The notes below the pieces were generated by a model. That model had not been told where the DNA came from, ran no database searches, and worked only from the letters and a program-made list of their open reading frames with translations. The translations under genes were made by a program, and so were the position numbers. Shown here piece by piece: positions 1 to 7,991 of a stretch of DNA of 32,000 bases; within the stretch, counting starts at the first letter, position 1, and each line of letters opens with the position of its first letter. Location: positions 1,680,001 through 1,712,000 of the forward strand of contig NZ_LT934425.1 in assembly GCF_900232105.1 (NCBI RefSeq), written 5' to 3'. This stretch comes from Candidatus Kuenenia stuttgartensis (GTDB taxonomy: Bacteria > Planctomycetota > Brocadiia > Brocadiales > Brocadiaceae).

Positions 1-34
1 ACAATTCTGGCTATGAACAAAGAAAGAGGGATAA

Positions 35-427
35 ATGACAACAGCAGTATTAGAAATACCTGAAGCAAAGCATGTTATATGCGATGGAGAAGAGGTACAA
101 TTAATAATAGAAGAAAAACTGAGTGCTTTTGATAAGGCGATTGAGCAGCATGACTTCCTGGAAATAGATGGCGACATAGAAGGCGATTCACCGGAAGAAC
201 ATTCGATAAAGATTATCAACCACAGGGCAGAATGTGCATATTCAATCAGTATCGATGCGGTTATCAGACAAGATTTGGGCTATGTAATAGATTCACTCGA
301 AACAGGAAATACCACGCGCCTTTACGGAATAACAAGAATTGTGGGGTATTACAGCCGTGTATCCAATTGGAATAAATCCAAAATCAGTGAATTACACGAC
401 AGGCATACGGGAAGTTATTCTGTATAA
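35..427 (+). CDS. small protein ending in an NrdD-type (class III ribonucleotide reductase) glycyl-radical motif
   Basis: 130-aa ORF with GAAAGAGGG upstream of the ATG. The C-terminus TRIVGYYSRVSNWNKSKISELHDR matches the RxxGYY..WNxGKxxE..R tail of NrdD as I remember it. No zinc-ribbon cysteines and no catalytic barrel. The ATG overlaps (ATGA) the stop of a frame-3 ORF that enters from the window edge. Confidence 0.5.
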   Translation: MTTAVLEIPEAKHVICDGEEVQLIIEEKLSAFDKAIEQHDFLEIDGDIEGDSPEEHSIKIINHRAECAYSISIDAVIRQDLGYVIDSLETGNTTRLYGITRIVGYYSRVSNWNKSKISELHDRHTGSYSV

Positions 428-525
428 GTATTATCCTGGCATTCGCTGGCATCCCCAAACGGGAAGGAAGTTTAATGACGTTAAGCAAAAGTGTTAAATC
501 TTCCTCTTGAAAGGCATCATTTTTT

Positions 526-580
526 AAAAACCATTGCGGCAAAGAACGTATTCGTGTTCATGTGCTGCAATGGTTTTTTT
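526..580. terminator. bidirectional intrinsic terminator between convergent genes
   Basis: AAAAACCATTGCGGCA (526-541) pairs with TGCTGCAATGGTTTTTTT (563-580), 12/13 stem matches. An A-run lies on the left and a T-run on the right. It sits between the 35-427 (+) and 615-1070 (-) genes. Confidence 0.5.
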
Positions 581-614
581 ATTCACAAGATCCTGCCACA
601 GTAGGCATGCTTTT

Positions 615-1070
615 TCAAACAACGTTGGCGGATGGACGAATTCTTACCGTAAGCACGGGGCATGGCGCCTTGCGTACAACCTTTTCCGCCACACTTCCCA
701 TCATAACATGGGCGAGGCCGCTCCTGCCGTGAGTACCAATTACAATGATATCCATCTCCAGCTTTTCGCCCTTATTGACAATTTCGTTAAAAGGTATCCC
801 CTTTTCAACAATTGTTTCCACTTCTAACAAATCGGTAGTGCCCTCCGGAAGACTTTTTAACAGATCGGCGTGAATTTTTGACATCGTTGCCTCATCAAGG
901 TTGTACGGACTAAATTTGTATATTTCCGTATCATATGCACGGGTATCGATTACATGCATAATATACAACTTTGCTTCATCTTTTAATGCCAGAGAAACCG
1001 CATATTTTAAAGCAAGGTAAGAACATTCGGAATGATCTATAGGACATAATATATTTTTGAACTTTATCAT
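615..1070 (-). CDS. universal stress protein (UspA family)
   Basis: The ORF was trimmed to the internal start MIKFKNILCPID, which is preceded by AGGAGAG. Classic Usp motifs: ILCPIDHSE...LYIMHV...IIVIGTHGRSGLAHVMMGSVAEKVVRKAPCPVLTV. Confidence 0.85.
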   Translation of the reverse strand: MIKFKNILCPIDHSECSYLALKYAVSLALKDEAKLYIMHVIDTRAYDTEIYKFSPYNLDEATMSKIHADLLKSLPEGTTDLLEVETIVEKGIPFNEIVNKGEKLEMDIIVIGTHGRSGLAHVMMGSVAEKVVRKAPCPVLTVRIRPSANVV

Positions 1071-1197
1071 ACACTCTCCTGTTCTGTTTGAAAAAAAGAA
1101 GCAACACAAAAAATGAGTAACATTTTCACAAAATGATGTATCATTCACTATTTAAGGCATATACCGTATTACCTTCAGGGACTTTTTGCGTAAAACA

Positions 1198-2208
1198 TCA
1201 CATGCCAATACCGTCAATAACTGCACCACATTTCGAACACTTTGAATTGGTAATATTATTTTCAAGGATTTGGTAGCCATATCTTTTGATGAGCATTTTA
1301 TTGCATTGATAACAATACGTATTTTCTCCCCCTTCGCCGGGGACATTGCCTTCGTAAACGTAACGCAGTCCCGCCTCCAAACCAATCGTACGCGCTCTTC
1401 TCAATGTTTCAACAGGAGTAGGCGGTGTATCGGGCAACCGGCATCTTGGATAAAAGCGACTAACATGCCAGGGGATTTCAGGTCCTACACTCCTGATAAA
1501 TCCGGCAATCTGTTTTAATTCCGAGTCGGAGTCATTAATTCCGGGAATGATAAGGGTGGTTATTTCTATCCAGATGCCCAATTCTTTATAAGCACGAATA
1601 CAATTCAGCACGGGTTCAAGTCTTGCCCCGCAAATCCTCTTATACGTTTCGTCGGAAAAACTTTTCAAATCGATATTTGCCGCATGAAGACAGGGTTGTA
1701 TAGTTGACAAAGCCTCATACGTCGTGTATCCATTCGTTACGAACACGTTCATAATTGACCTTGAAGAGGCCAATTGTGCAATTTCATACGCATATTCAAA
1801 AAAAATAGTGGGCTCTGTATAGGTGTAGGCAATGCTTTTACAGTTATACTCCAGGGCGTCTTCAACAATCTTTTCCGGCGGCACCTCTTTGCCGGGTATC
1901 GTGTCTGAATCTTTGGGGAGTTGTGATATTTCATAATTTTGGCAATTAAGACATCTGAAGTTACACCCCGCCGTTGCTACAGAGTAAGAAGTTGACCCAG
2001 GATAGAAGTGAAAGAATGGTTTTTTTTCTATCGGGTCTATGTTTTCCGAAATAAGTTTTCCATACACGAGAGAATATAACGTCCCCCCGAAGTTTTGCCT
2101 GACATGGCAAATGCCTCTTTTGCCATCAGTAATCACACATGTATGATTACAAAGGTGGCATTTTACCTTACAATCGCCGAGTTTTTCATAAAACATTGCT
2201 TCACGCAT
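1198..2208 (-). CDS. amrS: AmmeMemoRadiSam-system-type radical SAM enzyme (PFL-activase-like)
   Basis: 336 aa with a GGGAGG SD upstream. N-terminal CHLCNHTC...GICHVR cluster, IDPIEKKPFFHFYPGS, and the radical SAM motif CNFRCLNCQNYEIS, as in the TIGR04337-type family (from memory). Confidence 0.8.
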   Translation of the reverse strand: MREAMFYEKLGDCKVKCHLCNHTCVITDGKRGICHVRQNFGGTLYSLVYGKLISENIDPIEKKPFFHFYPGSTSYSVATAGCNFRCLNCQNYEISQLPKDSDTIPGKEVPPEKIVEDALEYNCKSIAYTYTEPTIFFEYAYEIAQLASSRSIMNVFVTNGYTTYEALSTIQPCLHAANIDLKSFSDETYKRICGARLEPVLNCIRAYKELGIWIEITTLIIPGINDSDSELKQIAGFIRSVGPEIPWHVSRFYPRCRLPDTPPTPVETLRRARTIGLEAGLRYVYEGNVPGEGGENTYCYQCNKMLIKRYGYQILENNITNSKCSKCGAVIDGIGM

Positions 2209-2750
2209 GTTATATCAACCTCCCATACTTTATTATAGGGAATAAACGACTCTTTGTTTATTTGCAGTGTATATCTTATTACGAAAAAATTTCCAGCGAT
2301 ATTGTTTTTTCTTTATTGTGATAACGAAAAAAAGGCCTTTCTTCCCATTTACTTTTTGCATAAGTATAACAAAATACCTGCAATGGCATGAATATAAAAT
2401 TAAATATAACAAAAGCTCCGCAACTCCGTAACCAAAAAGATTTTAACCATAATACACGAAAGGTTTATACACCGTAATAGGTAACTATTCAGCGAAAATA
2501 ATTTAGAATTTACTTGACAGCAGAAATGTTACAAACAAGCAATTTACCTGGTAGTGTATGTATATGTTTGTAAATGCGTTAAAAACAGGCAGCAAGATGC
2601 CGTGCATAGAGACGTGTGTGGGGTCTGTTCAGTTATAGAATTTCGAGCCCTTGTGGTGTGTTATAGAGCGAAAGAAAAGGGTGAAAAAACCTGCAGTATA
2701 ATAGATGCAGTAGATAATTTCAGGCTAATTATATATACAGGTATCATCCA

Positions 2751-3362
2751 TTGACGATAGAGAATATAGACGTAGACGCAACACTCCAAAAAGTAGAGAA
2801 GCTGCTTTCAGAAGAGAAAGGGCTGTCACCGGCGGTGAGGTCAATGATAGAGTTGTTGGTATTATTGATAACACTGCTGGTAGGACGTCTGAACCGGAAC
2901 AGCCGCAACAGCAGCAAGCCTCCCTCAAGCGATCCGAATCGCAAGAAAGAAAGCAAGGCGAAGGGTGAAAGGAAGGCAGGCGGGCAAAAGGGCCGTGATG
3001 GAGTAACGCTCAAAAAGGTAGACAATCCTGATGAGGTGGAAGTAATAAAAGTAGACCGGAGGAAGTATCCGCGCAGCAAATACAAGGTGGTAGGTTACGA
3101 AGCACGCCAGGTGTTTGATATAAAGATTTCGCGTGTAGTGACGGAGTATCGTGCAGAGGTAGTAGAGGATGCGAAAGGGAATCGGATTGTAGCGTCATTT
3201 CCGGAAGGGGTAACAAAGGCGGTGCAGTATGGTCCGGATTTGAAAGCACATGCAGTCTATATGTCGCAGTATCAATTGATACCCTACAAGAGGATACAGG
3301 AGTATTTTGAAGGGCAGATTGGGATACCGCTGAGTGAAGGTGCTAAGCCCCACAATAAATGA
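2751..3362 (+). pseudogene. IS66-family transposase, N-terminal fragment
   Basis: Contains the hallmark NSSKPPSSDPNRKK plus GGQKGRDG...VDRRKYP...AVQYGPDLKAHAVYMSQYQLIPYKRIQEYF. Family-like sequence ends near IPLSEG (about 3340), after which the frame runs into unrelated DNA and stops. Confidence 0.8.
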
Positions 3363-3378
3363 ACCTGGAATTCTCAGA

Positions 3379-3681
3379 TTAAGTGGAATTAATATATTGA
3401 GGTAAAACGGATTTTAGCAGATAGACAGCATCTGGGAAAGAGGAGTTGGAATCTACCATGACGATGTCGATGGTATTAAAGTTTTTTTTACAACGGAAAC
3501 ACCTGGCGAGGTTCGTATTTGGGTTGGTGGCGGAATTAAATTCAGAACAGAGAGGGCAGAGGAAGCGGAAATAGCCTTCGGAGTATTTATGAGGTATGGA
3601 GAGGACATCAGCGATGAGTCGATCGATGGGGATATCGTTTCGTAATGAGCGCAAGAGTTGAGGGGAAAAGAGACGGGCCAT
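3379..3681 (-). CDS. small zinc-finger protein (CHC2 primase-finger-like CPLC...CFRC)
   Basis: 100-aa ORF, last gene of the module. FRFLCPLCSEFNSATNPNTNLARCFRCKKNFNTIDIVM resembles the CHC2 zinc-finger layout. It starts 11 nt after the ATPase stop. Confidence 0.5.
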   Translation of the reverse strand: MARLFSPQLLRSLRNDIPIDRLIADVLSIPHKYSEGYFRFLCPLCSEFNSATNPNTNLARCFRCKKNFNTIDIVMVDSNSSFPDAVYLLKSVLPQYINST

Positions 3682-3692
3682 GGTAGACCTCC

Positions 3693-4484
3693 TTAAAAAG
3701 ATTGAATTTCAGCAAGAGCCTGATGGAAGATATCCTGGGTAATTTTCTGTGATTGTCTGATGGAAGCGTTAATCAGGCAGGCGGTGGAAATGGCGTTGAT
3801 TTGCCTTGGGATGCCGGCGGAGAACTCATGGATCAGGTCTTTGACGTCTGAGTCAAAGATTTTATCGGATGCGCCGGAAGATTTCAGATGGAAGTCTATG
3901 TATGCAGCGGTTTGAGTTTTAGTAAGGGGATGAATGTGGTAATGTACCGAGATGCGTTGTGCGAAGTCGGCATGGATGTCTCTTTTGAGGATATATTTGA
4001 GGTGTTCCTGTCCCGAGAGGATGATTTTGAGATGAGTGGAAGAATCAAGCGGAGAGCTGACAAGGAGTCTGAGGTCTGTGATGGCGTCGGTTTTCAGGAG
4101 ATGAGCCTCGTCGATAACGATAATGGGAGTGAGATTTGAGCGCAAGGATTTATCCATAATTTGGAGGAAGAGCCGGTCTTTGGTGTGTTTTGGTATTTCA
4201 CCGAGCTGGGAGACGATTAAGGAGAGAAGGCTGGATGATTTTAGGTGGGTAAAATGGAGGTAGATGGGGAGAAACAGGTTTTGGGGGATTTGTGAGAGGA
4301 AGAGTTTGAGGAGTGTGGATTTTCCGACTCCCGTCTGTCCGTAGAGGACGGCGATAGAGCCTGAGTGTAAGAGGTATTGGAGTCGTGCAAGCCCCTGGGT
4401 AAAGCGTTCGTCTTTCATGATAAGGCTGGTGTTGATTCTTTCAGAGAACGGCTGAGTAGTCATGGAAAAATGAGAAGTAAACAT
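3693..4484 (-). CDS. AAA+ ATPase, ExeA/TniB-like transposition helper
   Basis: 263 aa with Walker A GQTGVGKST and Walker B IIVIDEAHLL. It starts 2 nt after the transposase stop. Its position downstream of a Mu-type transposase matches the Tn552/Tn5053 layout. Confidence 0.8.
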   Translation of the reverse strand: MFTSHFSMTTQPFSERINTSLIMKDERFTQGLARLQYLLHSGSIAVLYGQTGVGKSTLLKLFLSQIPQNLFLPIYLHFTHLKSSSLLSLIVSQLGEIPKHTKDRLFLQIMDKSLRSNLTPIIVIDEAHLLKTDAITDLRLLVSSPLDSSTHLKIILSGQEHLKYILKRDIHADFAQRISVHYHIHPLTKTQTAAYIDFHLKSSGASDKIFDSDVKDLIHEFSAGIPRQINAISTACLINASIRQSQKITQDIFHQALAEIQSF

Positions 4485-4486
4485 GG

Positions 4487-6047
4487 TTAAGAGACCTCCT
4501 TTTTCGAGTAAGCGATTTGTAATTCACGAATGATATAGGGTAAGGTTTTCACGGAGGCATTTTGGAATGCCTCCGTGAGCAATGATTCGTTGAGAGCGGG
4601 GATACGGTTGTAGCATTTTTTAAGCGATTCGAGTTCATGAGAGCTGAAGGCGGAGAGAGAGCCTTTGTGTCCCATGAGGAGTGCGAGTTTCTGGACGAAT
4701 GCCATGAATGGCCAGGGTCGTTCGGAGATGATTTGGTGGTAATCAATGCCTTTGGCCTGAGCCTGGAGAATGGATTTGTGTTTCTGAGTGATAAGGTCGA
4801 GGTAATTATGTTTTGGTTTTGAAGGTGAGGCGGCTGGAGTTTCAGCGCCCTGGTCGCGCAGGTAGAGATTTCCCGAGCCGAGGTATTCACCGTTTGCGGA
4901 ATAGATCAAGACCTTTTTGAGATCGCCGTATGGGTCGTAACGGACTTCTACTTTATCGCCTCTGAGTTTGGGGTCAACACGGTAAAAGCGGTTATCAATG
5001 CGGACATCGGCAAAGGTTCTGTCAACGGTTCTGGGGATGCGTTTCATGAAGAAGGCAAGAGCGGCGTCCATATCGACGTGTCGGATGACGGTAAGCCCCT
5101 CGTCGTAGCGTTGTTTTGGAGATTGATTGGTTTCGGAGTGGATTCTTGCGTGATAGACAACGGCAAGGTAAGCGGAGAAGGCCTGGTTAATGGCATCAAG
5201 GGTGATAATGTCGCCGGAGCGGACTTCCGACTCGAACTGTGTCTGGCTGGTGCCGAAGAAACGTTCGACCAGTCCGCCGGGAGCAGGGTCGCGTGGTGGT
5301 CTGTGGATGAGTTTAATGCCGAGGTTGTAACAGGCAGAGCGCAGGGCGTCAGAGTGGTAGACCTTGGCATTGTCGAGGTAGAGTTCTTTGGGCGAGCCGT
5401 GGATAGTCCAGGCCCTGATGAGAGAATCGATAAGGATATCGAGGGTTTGTTTGAGATAATACCGTTCTTCGACCACATAACGGCTGTAGCAGTCGATAAA
5501 GAGACAGAGGTTTGTGGGAAGCGCCTCGCCGTCAACGAGCACGAAAGGGCCTTCCTGGAAGTCGCCAATCCAGAGGTCGTGGGTATGCTCACGGCTAAGA
5601 GCGTATACGCACCTTTTGCTGTGAGACGCCGAGTTTGAGCCGGGTCGCCCCTGCGAGTCTGAGATGGCGGTAGAGGGTGGATTTGGGGATCGTTTTCCCA
5701 TAGTATTTCTCAAGAAAGCGGTTGAGGCAATCGTCGCTGCGGCGTGGTTGTTCTTTTTTGAGTTCAACGGCTTTGTCGATAATTTCAGGAGAAAACCTTC
5801 TGGATGCGCCACGGTCGCTCCTCGCCTTTCTTGCAAGAGATTGAAATCCATCTTTGCGGTAGCGGTTGAGTTTTCTCCTGAGGGTAGAGATAGTGGGTCT
5901 TTTCCGCTTTCCGTTGGGGAATACGACCTCCTGAAGGCAGAGTTTTTTCAGAAAAAGGTTGGTCTGCTCCTTCTCAATCTCACCGAAGATGACAGGATGC
6001 AGAAGATTGCACCAGAATAAAGCCCATTTTTCGTCTTTCGATTTCAT
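4487..6047 (-). pseudogene. Mu/Tn552-type DDE transposase (HTH + rve core), split by a frameshift
   Basis: Two overlapping ORFs, 6047-5595 (HTH part, 150 aa) and 5851-4487. The second holds the rve core: LWIGDFQEG, LYLDNAKVYHSD, GGLVERFFGT. The family-like sequence switches frame by +1 near CAGCAAAAGG (plus-strand 5611-5620). Confidence 0.8.
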
Positions 6048-6085
6048 AATTCACCTCCTTTTTTAAGTGTGGAGGTGATTGTAAC

Positions 6086-6724
6086 TCAAGACCAGCCGCT
6101 TTTTGTTGCCAGTTCGGGGAAAAATGAATGCCCAAAAATTCGGTGATATTCCGGCTCGGCGCTGAACAATTGAATCGATTGATCGAGGGAGGTTTTTCGT
6201 TGTTTGCTTTTATACTTTCCGTGGTAAATGGGAAACATTTGGCGAAAAACCGGAGAGTTGGGGTCGGCCTGCCTGATGAGGTCAAAGGCGTTGCGGAGTG
6301 TGTATTTCAGTGAGCCAAAGAAACGCAGCCACCTCCAAACGGTTGACCAGGCAAGCATGCGGTTGTCTATTTCCTGTGTTCGGGTAGTATATCCGATGGC
6401 AGAGGAGACACTCCGGTAGGTTTCTGTATCATCTTTGACATAAGCCTGACTGAAGGAGAGACAGTGATCCTTTACGTACCGCTTGTAAGGGAGCGCATAC
6501 TCAGGATAGGAAGTAAACGTCTTCTTGCACAAGGAACATTTCCAACGTCCCAGGAAAGATTCTATCGTATGAACAAGGGAGTCGATAATAACGTGAAACA
6601 ACCGATATCTGCATTCATGAAGGGTGAAATTGACATGGGTACTCTTGCACTTTGGACAAAAGCATGGCTTCTGTTTTGTCGCAATAAGCTTTTCATGCTT
6701 GTGGATTTTTTCTATAATATTCAC
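6086..6724 (-). CDS. zinc-ribbon protein of unknown function, first gene of the module (DUF6431-like by memory)
   Basis: 212 aa with a GTG start preceded by AAGGAGG at 6-nt spacing. Two CxxC pairs (CPKCKS, CSLCKK), with conserved-looking HECRYR and LPYKRY. Confidence 0.55.
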   Translation of the reverse strand: MNIIEKIHKHEKLIATKQKPCFCPKCKSTHVNFTLHECRYRLFHVIIDSLVHTIESFLGRWKCSLCKKTFTSYPEYALPYKRYVKDHCLSFSQAYVKDDTETYRSVSSAIGYTTRTQEIDNRMLAWSTVWRWLRFFGSLKYTLRNAFDLIRQADPNSPVFRQMFPIYHGKYKSKQRKTSLDQSIQLFSAEPEYHRIFGHSFFPELATKSGWS

Positions 6725-6753
6725 GCACTGCCTCCTTTGTATAGGGGGGAAAT

Positions 6754-6805
6754 GGGCAGGAGGATGAAGTTTCCCAACGTTCGGTCCTCCTGCCCTGAGT
6801 TTTTT
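6754..6805 (+). terminator. hairpin plus T-run (plus-strand intrinsic terminator geometry) inside the module's upstream end
   Basis: GGGCAGGAGGA (6754-6764) and TCCTCCTGCCC (6785-6795) form a perfect 11-bp stem, followed by tgagTTTTTT (T-run 6800-6805). Confidence 0.4.
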
Positions 6806-7128
6806 ATGTTCCGGAAAAATCTTACAAAACTTGTCCTCGTGAAAACGGGGAACTGGGAAGTAAACCGCCGTTAGGAAGTTTGGAAGTGGTTTTAACCTCT
6901 TCCAAACTATTTAATGAGGCTTTACTCCGCCTTACGGACGGAACTTCTTTCTAACGGGGTAAACGATGTATTTTTCTTAACGTGAACAAAAAATCAAGTG
7001 AAATACTTACGCAGGATAAAAAAAAGGCGGGGTAGCTGGGTAAGATTTTTCAAATCATTTGCTGGGTATTAGACTCAAATATTCTGAGACTAATTGGGCA
7101 TTTTTGGAGCATTTATTCTAAGACGTAG

Positions 7129-7539
7129 CAGCTGGGAACTGATGAGTCAGAAAAATACCGGCAAAGGTATAGGAAGATACTCCAAAACGCAGAAGCCGAA
7201 AGCCCTCCTCCTGATGAAACGAACCGTAAGGGAAAAAGGGGGAGGGTAAAAAGGACAAAGGCACGGAATCTTCTGGAACGATTGAGGACGTATGAGGGTG
7301 ATGTGTTGAGGTTTATGGACAATAAAAATGTTCCCTTTACGAACAATTTGGCAGAAAACGATATCAGGATGACGAAGGTTCAGCAGAAGATATCTGGCTG
7401 TTTTCGTTCTTTGGAGGGAGCGAAAATTTTCTGCCGCATTCGGAGTTATCTCTCGACCTGTCGAAAACAAGGTGTAAATTTGAGCCGGGCATTACAGATG
7501 CTATTCCGTGGCGAATTGCCTGATTTTGCTAGCTCGTAG
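7129..7539 (+). pseudogene. IS66-family transposase, C-terminal fragment
   Basis: Frame 1 after a TAG at 7126-7128 reads QLGTDESEKYRQRYRKILQNAEAESPPPDETNRKGKRGRVKRTKARNLLERLRTYEGDVLRFMDNKNVPFTNNLAENDIRMTKVQQKISGCFRSLEGAKIFCRIRSYLSTCRKQG, which is the typical IS66 tail. Confidence 0.8.
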
Positions 7540-7629
7540 CGACAGTGGGTGAAAATACGCTGAATAGATACCCGTAATAGTATAATACCGGGAAAAAATG
7601 TTTTTGCTCTATCTTAATGGAAATAATAA

Positions 7630-7657
7630 TTGACATTTATTTTCTTTGTGGTACAGT
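7630..7657 (+). promoter_or_regulatory. sigma70-like promoter candidate
   Basis: TTGACA (7630-7635), a 16-nt spacer, then TACAGT (7652-7657). It lies just upstream of the riboswitch-like sequence. Confidence 0.4.
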
Positions 7658-7671
7658 ACCGCCGAATATTT

Positions 7672-7777
7672 CATCGATTGAAAAAGGCAAACCAACCGCA
7701 AGTTTGGGACGCAAAGCCATGGGTCTTAAGCGTGAGTTCTTTATACGTAAAGATTGCCAGGTTGCCGAATTGAGATG
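7672..7777 (+). promoter_or_regulatory. candidate c-di-GMP-I (GEMM-I) riboswitch aptamer
   Basis: GGCAAACC (7686-7693), a hairpin capped by the GNRA loop GCAA (7698-7701), GGGACGCAAAGCC (7706-7718), a second hairpin (TCTTTA-tacg-TAAAGA, 7738-7753), and closing GGTTGCC (7760-7766) complementary to GGCAA(A)CC. The order and spacing parallel the V. cholerae Vc2 aptamer as I recall it. Confidence 0.6.
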
Positions 7778-7946
7778 TTCGCACTTTGCGAGAAGGATAA
7801 GAATTTTCGGGCCATTCATTACGCTTTCACCATATTGCAGAGATCACAAGTAGATTGTAGCGCATAATACTGAAAATGCTTAAGACTTATAGAAAATTAT
7901 CGGGAAATCTTAACAAAGTGCTTCTGGTAAACGTGCATTATAATAA

Positions 7947-7991
7947 AGACCCAAGCCTTTTGCATTACTATGGTTTTGGGTCTTTTTTTTT
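7947..7991 (+). terminator. intrinsic terminator (plus strand)
   Basis: AAGACCCAA (7947-7954) pairs with TTGGGTCTT (7976-7984), followed by a T-run extending to 7991. Confidence 0.6.

Larger units (their letters stand above)
3342..7122 (-). mobile_element. nested Mu/Tn552-like transposition module (four genes); boundaries approximate
   Basis: The boundaries are the points where IS66 transposase similarity stops (about 3340) and resumes (about 7125). Weak inverted similarity at the ends: CTAAG...AATAAATGnnCC at 3342-3365 against the reverse complement of 7106-7123. The segment contains a compact minus-strand operon at 6724-3379. Confidence 0.5.
2481..7571 (+). mobile_element. IS66-family insertion sequence, disrupted by a nested element and an internal deletion
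   Basis: Terminal inverted repeats GTAACTATTCAGCG (2481-2494) and CGCTGAATAGATAC (7558-7571), 13/14 matches, with the GTAA start typical of IS66. Both ends are abutted by the direct repeat CCGTAATAG (2472-2480 and 7572-7580). Transposase N- and C-terminal fragments lie inside. Confidence 0.75.

Noticed and set aside
534-827. 97-aa plus-strand ORF
   Set aside because: It lies entirely antisense to the well-supported universal stress protein gene and runs across the bidirectional terminator. It has no motif and no SD.
1152-1934. Several 60-80-aa ORFs on both strands inside the radical SAM gene region
   Set aside because: They overlap a CDS with clear family motifs, their composition is low-complexity, and they have no start signals.
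2744-3249. Minus-strand ORFs of 113 and 79 aa
   Set aside because: They are antisense shadows of the IS66 transposase N-terminal fragment.
5044-5638. 182-aa minus-strand and 186-aa plus-strand ORFs overlapping the transposase
   Set aside because: Alternative frames of the rve-core region. The 4487-5851 frame carries the DDE motifs; these two do not.
3354-7117. AATAAATG at 3354-3361 and its inverted copy at 7110-7117 as definitive termini of the nested module
   Set aside because: Only 8 bp plus a few scattered matches. This is too weak to define ends without other copies, so the boundaries are reported as approximate instead.
7617-7853. 78-aa plus-strand and 60-aa minus-strand ORFs in the IS66-to-pilin spacer
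   Set aside because: No SD or family motif. The same bases match the conserved core of a c-di-GMP-I aptamer, which explains the region better.
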